Source: an uncultured candidatus Porisulfidus sp.
Lineage (GTDB): Bacteria > Pseudomonadota > Gammaproteobacteria > Poriferisulfidales > Oxydemutatoraceae
Length of the DNA: 64,000 nt
Direction of reading: 5' to 3'
Assembly: GCA_965215125.1 (NCBI GenBank)
Contig: OZ244052.1
Location: 1,242,468 to 1,306,467 of the forward strand
The translations under genes were made by a program, and so were the position numbers. Shown piece after piece: positions 46,590 to 56,800 of this stretch. The notes below the pieces were generated by a model. It had not been told where the DNA came from. It ran no database searches and worked only from the letters and a program-made list of their open reading frames with translations. The first letter of the stretch is position 1, and each line of letters starts with the position of its first letter.

Positions 46590-48428
46590 TTAAGTATTTG
46601 TTTTATTTACAGTGCGGTGACTTAGTTTGTGCGCATCTCCTAAATGTTCTACAAAAGAATCGGCACCGATAAAACCGACGATGCGCATCTGCGGAATTTC
46701 TTCGCCTCTGGTGTCGAAAAACAAAATGGCCGGCGGTCCGAACAAACCGAATTGCTTGAGCATCTCTTCGCTATTCGCATCGGGTATGGTCACATCGGCT
46801 TCAAAGACCGAAAAGTCGTTCATTGCTTGTTGCACCGAAGAGTTTGCGAAAGTGAAATTTTCAAGTTCTTTGCAACTGATACACCAGTCGGCATAAAAGA
46901 TGAGTATTGCGGGTTTTTCTACTGCTTCCGCTTGAGTAATCGCCTCGCGCACCTCTGCTAGTGCGGTGTAGCGCACAAAGCGATGGGGTGTTTCGGATGC
47001 GTGTAGGTTGTCCGCCTGTATCATCCAAGGTTGCAGCCATAGACTGCTTCTCCCGACAATTGCATTCACCGACCATAGCGTTCCGTAAAGAGTCGCGACA
47101 AGCGTAATCATTATCACAGACAACCGTGCCGGTGGGGTGGCAAGTTTTAAGTTCATCAGATAGACGGCAAAGGAAAGTAGTAGTATGCCTGCCAACAGCA
47201 TCGTCGCATAACCGGTGGCGATGCGGTCTAGAAGCCATATCGCAAAACCCAGCATAATAAAGCCGAATATGTTTTTGAAGATGTCCAATGCGGGTCCGGG
47301 TTTGGGCATTAACTTCGACAGCGAAGTGCCTACCAATAAAAGCGGTGCCCCCATTCCTAGGCCTAGAAAGAGCAAGGCGACACCGCCGGTTGCGATGTCA
47401 CCGCTTTGGGCGACGAATAACAATGCGCCGATTAGCGGCGGGGTCACACACGGGCTAACGACCAGAGAAGATAAAAGCCCCATTGTTGCAGCACCGTATA
47501 GGCTACCTTGCCGGTTTTGACCGACTTGACTTAAGCGGGTTTGCAGCGATACCGGTAGCCTGAGTTCATAAGTACCGAACATCGCCAATGCGAGCAATAC
47601 GAAGACTGCGGCGAACGGCACCAGTACCATGGGTCTTTGGAACCACGCCTGTATATTTTGCCCGTATAGTGCAACCGCAATACCGGCGATACTAAATGTG
47701 ATTGCCATAGACAACACATAGACGAGAGACAAGGTAAATGCTTTGTGCGGCGACGCACTTTGTTTTGCCATAGTGATAACCATAGAAAGAATCGGCACCA
47801 TAGGCAACACGCAGGGTGTAAATGCCAATAGCAACCCCATGCCGAAGAAAGCAATTGCCGCAAGCCATAGCTTAGTATCACGCAAGTAGTCGGCAAGCGA
47901 CTGCTGTTCGGATTTTTGTGCGCTACCGCCGCCACCGTCACTCATCGTTGCGCCGCCGACTGGGGTTGCGCCGCCGACCGGTGTGGCATCGGCGAGTAGG
48001 AATTGTTTGGTTTGCACGGGGTAGCACAACCCGGCATCGGCACAACCTTGATAAGAGAGTGTCACCGCCTCGCCTTGAGCTATAAACGGCACCGAAAGCA
48101 CATCGCGATAGACTTCGGTTTTACCGAAGAAGGGATCCTCCAGTATCTCGCCTGCCGGCATTTGGTATTGGCTCGGACGATTGCCATCCTGCTCGACAAT
48201 GGTTGTTTTATCTCGGTAAATATAGTATTCGGGCGCAATCCGCCACTGTGCGACATAACGCTCGGAAGAGATACGCTCGACACGCAACGCAAACGCTTCG
48301 TCGGGTGGCAGGAATTCATCCTGTTGTTGGACGATGACAGAGTTCTGCGCAAACACGGCATCTGCCGATACAAGCAAGCAAAGCACCAACAGATTTCTAA
48401 TGCAAGACATCATTGATTGCAAACCCAC
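46590..48428 (-). CDS. dsbD: Thiol:disulfide interchange protein DsbD
   Basis: Signal peptide, N-terminal DsbD-alpha domain (SYQGCADAGLCYPV), central TM domain with FTPCVLPMVPI and SPCVTPPL, and C-terminal thioredoxin YADWCISCKE. The linker has an ATPVGG duplication. The exact start is uncertain. Confidence 0.92.
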   Translation of the reverse strand: MGLQSMMSCIRNLLVLCLLVSADAVFAQNSVIVQQQDEFLPPDEAFALRVERISSERYVAQWRIAPEYYIYRDKTTIVEQDGNRPSQYQMPAGEILEDPFFGKTEVYRDVLSVPFIAQGEAVTLSYQGCADAGLCYPVQTKQFLLADATPVGGATPVGGATMSDGGGGSAQKSEQQSLADYLRDTKLWLAAIAFFGMGLLLAFTPCVLPMVPILSMVITMAKQSASPHKAFTLSLVYVLSMAITFSIAGIAVALYGQNIQAWFQRPMVLVPFAAVFVLLALAMFGTYELRLPVSLQTRLSQVGQNRQGSLYGAATMGLLSSLVVSPCVTPPLIGALLFVAQSGDIATGGVALLFLGLGMGAPLLLVGTSLSKLMPKPGPALDIFKNIFGFIMLGFAIWLLDRIATGYATMLLAGILLLSFAVYLMNLKLATPPARLSVIMITLVATLYGTLWSVNAIVGRSSLWLQPWMIQADNLHASETPHRFVRYTALAEVREAITQAEAVEKPAILIFYADWCISCKELENFTFANSSVQQAMNDFSVFEADVTIPDANSEEMLKQFGLFGPPAILFFDTRGEEIPQMRIVGFIGADSFVEHLGDAHKLSHRTVNKTNT

Positions 48429-48724
48429 TTTGCATAATCCTCGCTTGCGTCGTCTATGTGCAGAACGATGATTTCCGGTAAATCATAAGTATGCAGTTGC
48501 ATCAAACGAGTTTTGCATGCCGAGACTTTAGCCCGCGCCGTTTTAGCACTGAGCAGATATTCTTGGTCGTTGACGACGCGTCCGTCCCAGCGATAAATAG
48601 AAGTCATAGGTCCTACAATATGAATACACGCACAAAGTTTCTCCTCTATCAGTGTGTCGGCAATACGCTCTGCTTGTTCGTATTTATCTATACTGCTTTG
48701 CACCAAAGAAATTAAGTTGTCCAT
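48410..48724 (-). CDS. cutA: Divalent-cation tolerance protein CutA
   Basis: 104 aa. LCACIHIVGPMTSIYRWDGRV...E..L..KT matches the CutA1 fold. Classical cutA-dsbD order. Confidence 0.88.
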   Translation of the reverse strand: MDNLISLVQSSIDKYEQAERIADTLIEEKLCACIHIVGPMTSIYRWDGRVVNDQEYLLSAKTARAKVSACKTRLMQLHTYDLPEIIVLHIDDASEDYAKWVCNQ

Positions 48725-48741
48725 CCGTATTCTTAGCTAAT

Positions 48742-50010
48742 GGGAATTATATAGGTAACTTGACAGACTTTTTAGCCTGCCTTGCCCACCCTATCTTTTT
48801 GACGCTTCATTGACCGACTTGTGTTGCCACTGTCGCCGTCTCCACACCCGGTTGCAGTACTCCCAGCCGCCAAAACGTTTAATGCAGCATTTACATCCGC
48901 ATTGTCCTCGTGTCCACAATACCGACACTTGAAAATTGATCGGGTCTTACGGCTTGCTTTATTTACGCTTCCGCATTGATTACAGGTTTGACTCGTATAG
49001 GCCGGATTGACCTTTTCTATACATGCCTTGTAGCTTAAGCATTGCTCCAGTTTATACCAGCCACTCTTTAGTATCTCCCTGTTCAAACCTGATTTTGCCC
49101 TCACATTCTTACCCGGGTTGTCTATCGTCCCCTTCGCCGACTTCGTCATGCCGGTTGTATTCAATCCTTCCATATACACAATGTCGTATTGGTCTGCTAT
49201 TAACCGGCTGGTTTGATGACACCAATTCGCCCTCGCAAACCGCTCCGCTTGATACGCTTTCCGTAGCCTATGTTTTGCTAGTTTGCGCCTGTTGCTCCCC
49301 TTCACCCGTCTAGCAACCATTCGCTGATAACGCCTACGCCTTGCCTCCTTACGCTTTAAGTCGGGCAGGTGATACATCGTTCCGTCCGACAATGCCACCT
49401 GACCACAATTCCTATCTAGTCCTACTGCTGCCACTGGATGCGACCTGCTTGGCACTTCCACTTCATAGGTGATATATGCATACCATTTACCACATTCATA
49501 CTTGACTTGACCGGATACAAACTTCTCACCTTTATACCTATCGCCACCGGCAAACTTCATCCAGCCTAGCTTCTGTATATACAAGTGACAACCCGATATC
49601 TTTGCCGATTGATAATTGATCGGGAATGACGGGCTATGCGTATATTTGCCGTGAAACTTCGGCAATACGTTGTTGCCCTTGAAAAATCCTTTGTATGCTA
49701 TCTCTATCGGTTGTAATGATGATTTGACTATATAAGTGGAATAACCTTGCAACCACTGGTCGCAATACTTTCTTAATGTCGTAAATTGCTTGCCTAGGGT
49801 GAAATAGCTAAACCGGCTCTCGCCGTAATACTCGTATTCGTCCTTCAGCTTGGCTACAAAGTGATTCCAGACATAGCGGCATGCGCCTGCTGTGCCGTGT
49901 AATTGCCGGTGTTTTTTCTGTGTCGCCGGATATAAATGGTATCTAATTGTTCTATGGGTTTGCATTGATATAATTTAACATTTCTTTGTCAAGTTAACTA
50001 TATAATTCCC
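48742..50010 (-). mobile_element. TnpB-only element copy 2 (1269 bp) with terminal inverted repeats and 7/8-matching 8-bp target duplication
   Basis: IR GGGAATTATATAGGTAACTTGACAG at 48742-48766. Its inverted copy is at 49987-50010 (one internal mismatch). Flanks are TAGCTAAT (48734-48741) and TCGCTAAT (50011-50018). Confidence 0.85.
48772..49965 (-). CDS. tnpB: TnpB (second, diverged copy; catalytic motifs intact)
   Basis: About 85 percent identical by eye to the copy at 36520-37728. GLDRNCG, DIVYMEGLN, CNQC...CRYC and DNADVNAALNV are conserved. The C-terminal tail differs (ends ...DRVGKAG). Confidence 0.9.
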   Translation of the reverse strand: MQTHRTIRYHLYPATQKKHRQLHGTAGACRYVWNHFVAKLKDEYEYYGESRFSYFTLGKQFTTLRKYCDQWLQGYSTYIVKSSLQPIEIAYKGFFKGNNVLPKFHGKYTHSPSFPINYQSAKISGCHLYIQKLGWMKFAGGDRYKGEKFVSGQVKYECGKWYAYITYEVEVPSRSHPVAAVGLDRNCGQVALSDGTMYHLPDLKRKEARRRRYQRMVARRVKGSNRRKLAKHRLRKAYQAERFARANWCHQTSRLIADQYDIVYMEGLNTTGMTKSAKGTIDNPGKNVRAKSGLNREILKSGWYKLEQCLSYKACIEKVNPAYTSQTCNQCGSVNKASRKTRSIFKCRYCGHEDNADVNAALNVLAAGSTATGCGDGDSGNTSRSMKRQKDRVGKAG

Positions 50011-50045
50011 TCGCTAATTTTCATGATTTATTATATTGTAACGTC

Positions 50046-50465
50046 ATGCGTTTATTACTCGGAATTATTTTTATTGCTCTCCCTCTGCTTGAGATTTATT
50101 TATTCATCGTCATCGGTGCCGAAATCGGTGCATTATCGGTGATTGCGTTGATATTGATCACTGCGCTCATCGGTATTTTGGTGTTGCAAAATCAAGGATT
50201 TGCAACGATGAGAAGATTTAGAGAAACCGTAGCCCGAGGCGAGCCGCCGGAGATAGCGTTGGCAGAGAGTTTCTTATGTTTGGTAGGCGGATTGTTATTG
50301 ATCGCACCCGGATTTTTCACCGATGCTGTCGGTCTTTTGTGTTTGTTGCCGTTGACACGCCGTTTTTTCATTATCAGATATTTGATGCCGTATTTGAATG
50401 TTAGACGGGTTTCCCGTTTTAGATGCAAAACATCGGGGCGCATCATTGATATAGAAAAAGATTGA
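50046..50465 (+). CDS. fxsA: FxsA family inner-membrane protein
   Basis: LPLLEIYLFIVIGAEIGALSVIALILITALIGILVL...GGLLLIAPGFFTDAVGLLCLLP is the UPF0716/FxsA signature. Confidence 0.85.
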   Translation: MRLLLGIIFIALPLLEIYLFIVIGAEIGALSVIALILITALIGILVLQNQGFATMRRFRETVARGEPPEIALAESFLCLVGGLLLIAPGFFTDAVGLLCLLPLTRRFFIIRYLMPYLNVRRVSRFRCKTSGRIIDIEKD

Positions 50466-50478
50466 AGCGAGGGTTGTC

Positions 50479-51032
50479 AAAAATTGACATACAAAATACT
50501 TATCCTATAGATATTTGTGTTGTTTGCTATGCCGTGGCAGTTTGCCACGACGCAGACATCGCCGTTATCCCTTTGTTCGTTGACCGATATAGACAAGGAT
50601 AACGATAACTGATCGATATTTGCGACTTGGAGCGATTGAATGCCATTCGCTATCAACCGGACGGCACCGGTTATAGAGCCAACGAGTCGGCAGAGTTACT
50701 AAAAGCTATGCGACAGGTCGTGTGAGAAGAGATACGAATACCGGTGGCCTAATCGGAGAGAATAGGGACGGTCATGTTGAAAAAAGTTATTGGAATAAAA
50801 CCAATAACCCTACTGTAGTAAGTGCCGGTGGCATTTCTAGGACCAGCGTAGAGATGCAAACACCTACGCAACCGGTCTTTTAGTAGAAGGTGGCAGCCTA
50901 TTTCGCGTCAAAGTAACTTATACAGATGGTCAAGACCATAGCGAAGAGGTGTCTTTGTCAGGGCGTGTTTATACAACTCGTCCGCTGCTTAAGATTCTCA
51001 CCAAAGTATTTTTAGAAGGCCCTCTCCAATAA
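50479..51032 (+). pseudogene. Collapsed ~0.55-kb relic of the giant adhesin gene (5' end, one internal piece and 3' end, with in-frame stop)
   Basis: 50479-50696 matches 53880-54098. 50697-~50875 matches ~58076-58252. ~50876-51039 matches ~62885-63066, including the same stop context CAATAAATGATAC. A TGA interrupts the frame at GATAACGATAACTGATCG. Confidence 0.85.
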
Positions 51033-51122
51033 ATGATACTTATGTCGGTTAGCTACATAAAACTTGCAGTTGCGAAACTGTTTTTCTTATAATAGTATTA
51101 TGAAGTCATATAGAGTTATAAA

Positions 51123-53861
51123 ATGTTAGAACACTACAACGGATGTTATTATAAGTCTTACATCAAAAAAATGTTGTTGGGGGGAGCAGGTGCACAGTTT
51201 CACTCCCACGATAAGCAATTTTACCCGCTTGTTTTGATCTTTTTGAGTTTATGGACTAGCCCGGTTTACTCGCAATGCGAGGTTGTGAACAACAATCGGG
51301 GTAAAATTGTAGAATGTGATATTTCGTATTCAATGCATCCAGCTGATCCTTCGGAGTGGGAAGGAGAGGCCAGAGATGCTGTGAACGAAGAGATTAGACA
51401 ATTTGCGGATTCTTGGTGTCAATCCTCTGTGGCTAATTCAAGGATACGCAGGGTTTCTATTTATACGGATGGACGTCCTGCCGATGTCACTTACCGTAAT
51501 TCTGCAGGAATATCAAGTGCCTCTCTAGGAGGGTTTACTTATGGAACATCTATCACACAACACATTTATGATAATGTTGGTGGTCTGGTTATGGCCCACG
51601 AACTAGGCCATAGTCTATGGTCTCTATACGATGAATATACTTTTGCCTTGGCAGCTTCATGCCAAATAACCGTAACAATGCATGATCAACTGCCTACTCT
51701 AATGGGGGTAATAAACGAAGATTTTCGTAGGTTTAGTCATCCCGGAGATTATCCGAAGGAAGGAAATATCATCACTGTGCAATCAGATTGTTACGGGAAA
51801 TCGGCATGGGAAGTCCTTATACAACCCGCCTACCTTGATCGTATTAGGGCAGCCCAACTGAACGCACGTTTCCCGAGACAAGACTATTTATTCCAAGCAG
51901 GTGTCGGTTTGCCGGATTTTGATCGGCTATTCGACTCTTATACCTGTACGCCGCCGACAATCGATTGGGTTTCAAGTGCCGGCACCGTTGTTATGATGAT
52001 GGATCATTCTGCGAGTATGGGGGATAATCAACGGTTGGCAGTGGTAAAACAAGCTACCAAAGATGTAGTAGAGGTACTCTATGCAGAGGCTCCTCCGATA
52101 GAACTGGGAATTATTGGTTTTGACGACATTGCCAGAACCGAGGTGATGCCGAGCCGATTGGATGCTATAGAAAACCTGAGGATGATCCAGTCGGTGATTG
52201 ATTCATTGGTTGCCGACGGTGGCACCGACTATGAAGCGGCTTTGGCGGAGGCACAGACACTTTTTGCGAATGTAGCGAGCGACGGTCACCACGCCCTGGT
52301 CATCATTTCCGACGGCGAGACCGGGCAGTCGGACTACGGGTATTTTAAGGACAACGGCATATCGGTCTACACGGTGGAACTGGACACCGACGGTCGGGTG
52401 CTTTTGCAGGATGCCACGCTAAAGACGAGAAACCGATTCAAGATGGAAGTAGACTCACAAAGATTGCCTAGCTTTTTGCCTAGTGTGTTCAGAAACGAGT
52501 CGTTAATCCGCAATGCCCAGTTGGCAAAATCGGTATCGTTGCATAACCGCATCATTGAGGATGTGGTGACGACCGATACGGTCATATCGGAGATGACCGA
52601 GTCGGCAAGTTTTATTTTGAGGTGGGATGATGATGCTTACTTTGACAGCTTTACGCTACAAGACCCGACCGGTGTGATCATAGATCAAGCATACGCCGAC
52701 AACTTAGCAACCGACGGGGTGCGTTATTTAGAAAGCGATACACAAGCAATCTATTATATCGGTTCCCCGACACCGGGTATATGGGAAGTGCGCATTACCG
52801 GTACCGGCAACTTTGCGTATGAGGCGGCGGTGCGTAGCGATATCGTTGTCGGCATCAATGCCGGTGCGGAAATTATCGTTCAGGAGGTTCCGAGCGAGGT
52901 GGTCACCTATCCCGAGCCTATCCCGATTTTGGTCAATGTCGCCGGTGGGTTGCCGATAACCCGTGCCGATGTGAAGGCGGATATTACGATGCCGGATGAT
53001 TCTACGATGTCTGTTGTATTGACCGACGACGGCAATGCGCCGGATGAGACTGCAGCCGACGGTTTGTATTCGGCGATGTTGGCGGATTATTCTCAAGACG
53101 GGATATGCGAGATTAAGGTGACCGTAAGCAACCTTGACGGTCATGCATTGTTGGACGATACGAGTTTGTTATATCATCCGGTGCTGTCACCGGGCGACTC
53201 GCCGATTTTCAATGTACCGACGGTGCTGCAACAAGCCCCGATATTTGAGCGGGTTGTTTATGACCAAGTGGATGTGGTGAATACCGAAGAGAAGCTGATG
53301 CCACCGCCGTTGTCGGTTCAACCGACGACGATTACGAGCATACCGTATTTGGATAAAAGTTCAATCGAGCGTGCCGGCCAGGTGAATTGGTATGTGTTTA
53401 ATACGATGCGCGAGGGTGAAAGCTATTATCTACAGACGAGTAATTTAATGGGCTACGATAATACCCGAATGGCGACGGATTTGAGCTTATACGAGCCGGA
53501 CGGGACGAGTTTAATAGAGCGAAGTGTGCGTTATCGTGGCAGCGATGTATCGAGCATTGAATGGATTGCCCCTAGAGCGGGTGATTATTTGGCATCGGTT
53601 GCCCATGCCGAGGGGGGTAGAGGGTATTATGAGTTCACGGTCAGCGGTGAGAACCTTTTGTCGGAGAGTGAGATGAGAGAAGCGGAGAATCGTAGTAGCA
53701 ACGAGAACCTTTTGTCGGAGAGTGAGATGAGAGAAGCGGAGAATCGTAGTAGCAGTAGCAGTGGTGGTTTTGTGGGTTATCCGTTGTTGCTACTCTTATT
53801 GCTTGCGATAGTTTTGTTATACCGCATGCACACGGCTTTCTCAAATCGTCCGACACCATAA
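51123..53861 (+). CDS. Secreted multidomain protein: HExxH metallopeptidase (M64-like, tentative) - vWA - PPC domain - GlyGly-CTERM-like sorting tail
   Basis: VMAHELGHSLWSLYDEY; vWA MIDAS VVMMMDHSASMG...DGGTDYEAAL...VIISDGE; PPC-like GQVNWYVFNTMREGESYYLQ...GYYEFTVS. C-terminus SSSSGGFVGYPLLLLLLLAIVLLYR (GG, then TM, then basic). Signal-like FYPLVLIFLSLWTSPVYSQ. The start may be 51171. Confidence 0.75.
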   Translation: MLEHYNGCYYKSYIKKMLLGGAGAQFHSHDKQFYPLVLIFLSLWTSPVYSQCEVVNNNRGKIVECDISYSMHPADPSEWEGEARDAVNEEIRQFADSWCQSSVANSRIRRVSIYTDGRPADVTYRNSAGISSASLGGFTYGTSITQHIYDNVGGLVMAHELGHSLWSLYDEYTFALAASCQITVTMHDQLPTLMGVINEDFRRFSHPGDYPKEGNIITVQSDCYGKSAWEVLIQPAYLDRIRAAQLNARFPRQDYLFQAGVGLPDFDRLFDSYTCTPPTIDWVSSAGTVVMMMDHSASMGDNQRLAVVKQATKDVVEVLYAEAPPIELGIIGFDDIARTEVMPSRLDAIENLRMIQSVIDSLVADGGTDYEAALAEAQTLFANVASDGHHALVIISDGETGQSDYGYFKDNGISVYTVELDTDGRVLLQDATLKTRNRFKMEVDSQRLPSFLPSVFRNESLIRNAQLAKSVSLHNRIIEDVVTTDTVISEMTESASFILRWDDDAYFDSFTLQDPTGVIIDQAYADNLATDGVRYLESDTQAIYYIGSPTPGIWEVRITGTGNFAYEAAVRSDIVVGINAGAEIIVQEVPSEVVTYPEPIPILVNVAGGLPITRADVKADITMPDDSTMSVVLTDDGNAPDETAADGLYSAMLADYSQDGICEIKVTVSNLDGHALLDDTSLLYHPVLSPGDSPIFNVPTVLQQAPIFERVVYDQVDVVNTEEKLMPPPLSVQPTTITSIPYLDKSSIERAGQVNWYVFNTMREGESYYLQTSNLMGYDNTRMATDLSLYEPDGTSLIERSVRYRGSDVSSIEWIAPRAGDYLASVAHAEGGRGYYEFTVSGENLLSESEMREAENRSSNENLLSESEMREAENRSSSSSGGFVGYPLLLLLLLAIVLLYRMHTAFSNRPTP
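53649..53756 (+). repeat. Perfect-looking 2 x 54-nt tandem repeat (ENLLSESEMREAENRSS[N/S]) in the linker before the sorting tail
   Basis: GAGAACCTTTTGTCGGAGAGTGAGATGAGAGAAGCGGAGAATCGTAGTAGCA.. occurs twice in tandem. The decayed gene copy at 63.7 kb carries a single unit. Confidence 0.9.
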
Positions 53862-53885
53862 ACAAGCACGGCAGCCATTAAAAAA

Positions 53886-56800
53886 TTGGCACACAAAATA
53901 TTTATTCTATTGGCATTTTTTCTTTGTGCTATGCCATGGCAGTTTGCCGCGGCACAGACATCGCCTTTATCTCCTTGTTCGTCGACCGATATAGACAAGG
54001 ATAACGATGGGTTAATAGATATTTGCGATTTGGAGGGATTGAATGTCATTCGTTATCAACTGGACGGCACCGGTTATAAAGCCAACGAGTTGGCAGAGAA
54101 GATCACCGCAGGTTGTCCCGGTAATCGTTGTAGGGGTTATGAGCTGATGAGAGATTTAGATTTTCTAGATGCTAACAGTTATCGCAGTGGAGTAATTCGG
54201 AGGGATTGGGTGGTAGGTTCGGGTTGGCTACCGATCGGGAGTGTTGTAGCACCTTTCGGGAGTGGGAATGTGATCCAGGATAGTATGTTCGAAGGTAATG
54301 GTTATGCTATCCGAAATTTGATGATCAATAGGCCTAATAGCGATAATGTCGGTCTATTTGCTGTTAATGGTTTGGGGGGGGGAATTAAGGATATTCGGCT
54401 ACTGGATGTGAATATTCAGGGGAAATCAAGAGTAGGGGCTTTGGTTGCTCGTAACGAGCCCGGAAAAATTAGAAATAGCTATGTTAGCGGCAGTATAAGA
54501 GGTGTTTCTCGGATAGGTGCACTGGTTGGTTATAATAGTTTTACATCTCTTGCATCTCCCGTTCTTGAGAACAGTTCTGCCACCGGTGTTGTGATAGGAA
54601 CAGGCGATAAAGTGGGTGGTTTAGTAGGTAGCACTTATTCCACAATTAAAAATAGTCAAGCATTCAACACCGTATCAGGAGTTGCGGAAGTAGGTGGGTT
54701 AGTCGGAACAACTGCCGAAACTAGCCTCAGAACCGGTCAAATCATTAATAGTCGTGCAGTCGGGAATGTTACCGGAGTTAATAGCGTAGGTGGACTAATA
54801 GGTAGGGCTGGGACAGCATTCGGTTCTAATCCAGATAGCCCGTGGAGAATTATTAACAGTCATGCCACCGGGACGGTGGAAGGGCAAATCTGGGTAGGTG
54901 GATTAGTTGGTAATGCCGATATTATACACATTGAGAATAGTTCTGCTCATGGTGAAGTGATCGCAACAGGCTCGGCACAGTGGGCAGGTGGCCTAGTAGG
55001 TCTTATCAATAAAGAAGGCGGAAGGATTGATAAAAGCCATGCAACCGGAAGTGTGACAGGAATAAGGAGAGTGGGCGGTTTTTTGGGTGGGGCTACTGGA
55101 GTCCGTTTTGATGACAGCTATGCGACCGGTCGTGTGCAAGGAGGTCAGGGAAGCAGAGATGTTGGTGGTTTTACCGGAATTAGTTCAGGTGGTAGTATTA
55201 CCAATAGCTATGCAACCGGTATGGTGCAAGTACGCGGAAAAAGCGAAGACATTGGCGGTTTTATCGGGGAAAATGTGGGAACACATATTATGAATAGTTA
55301 TGCTATCGGTAATGTACGAGGAGGTCAAGGAAGTTCAGGAGTAGGCGGCCTTATCGGGAGTACTGAGAGGGTAAATATTATCAATGGCTATGCGACCGGT
55401 CGTGTGCAAGGAGGTCAGGGAAGCAGAGATGTTGGTGGTTTTATCGGAATTAGTTCGGGTGGTATTATTAGAAATAGTCATGCTACCGGCGATGTGGAGG
55501 GAGGCGGTAGAGTCGGTGGTTTTGTCGGACAAAGTGAGGGAACACGCATTATGAATAGTTATGCGGCTAGCCATGTGCGAGGAGACGGAACCGTTGGCGG
55601 TTTTATCGGAGATAGTTCAGCTGTTATTACCAATAGTTATGCGACCGGTCATGTGGAGGGAGGCGGTAGAGTCGGTGGTTTTGTCGGATTTCATGACAAT
55701 GGTAGTATTACAAATAGCTATGCTATCGGCAATGTGGCATCGGGGCGCGATGCTGGCGGTTTTGTCGGATTTCATAACAATGGTAGTATTACAAATAGCT
55801 ATGCTATCGGCAATGTGAAAGCGGAACGCGCTAGCGGTTTTAACGCAGGTGGTTCAGGTTTTATTACAAATAGCTATTGGGATAGGCAGACCAGCGGTAG
55901 AACGAGTAGTGTCGGTGGCAGAGGCAAGACGACTTCGGAGTTGCAATTGCCCACGACATCGACCGGGATATATAGTAGCTGGGATGACGATGTATGGGAT
56001 TTCGGTACATCCGAACAATACCCTGCTCTCAAGTATAGTGATGGCACATTGCAGCCGAACCAGCGTTTCGGTTTGCTCCGAGTAGGTTTGCCGAGTGGCT
56101 TGATATTGTCGCCGTCTTTTAAGTCCGAAGTATTAAGTTATCGCGTTATAGGCGAGACCGGCATAAGGCAAATCCGTCTGACCCCAATTGCTGCTAACTT
56201 TGATGCCGATATTATTATTGAAAGTAGTGGAGGTTTCAGAGAACGGATGCCGAGTGGTACTACGAGTTCCGAGATTTCATTGAACACCGCCGGTGTTACC
56301 ACGGCTACCGTTGAAGTGCGAACACCCTATGATGTACCGATCCGATATACACTTGCCTTTAACGATAGAACTTTTAACGAGGGTGAGCGCATTATATTAG
56401 AGAGAATAACCGCTCGAGATGTAGATGACAGTGTATTGCGTTATAAATGGACACAAACATCGGGAATGCTTCGTCTACTACCGGTGGAAGGAATTAGTCA
56501 AGCGGTTTTGGATGTACCGATACCCGAGCTTTTCCTGAGCGAAACCGAAGATGATCGTGAGATTACGATTAGATTGGAAATCAACGATGGCACGAAGACT
56601 GAGACTAAAGACCTAAGATTGACAATCGCTAAGGCGGATAATGGTACCGCAGTACAGTCGGATCCTATTATTACACGATCGGATAGAACATTAACTGCCC
56701 CCGAAGTAGACTTGTCAACAGACCCGGACGGTTCCGGCACGATAAATAGTTATTTGTGGCAACGGCGAGCGAATATAAACGCCGATTGGATAGACATAGA

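Noticed and set aside
47940-47985. 18-nt duplication (ATPVGG x2) in dsbD as a possible phase-variable tract
   Set aside because: Only two in-frame copies lie in the flexible linker between the DsbD alpha domain and the membrane domain. Any change in copy number stays in frame and is unlikely to switch expression.
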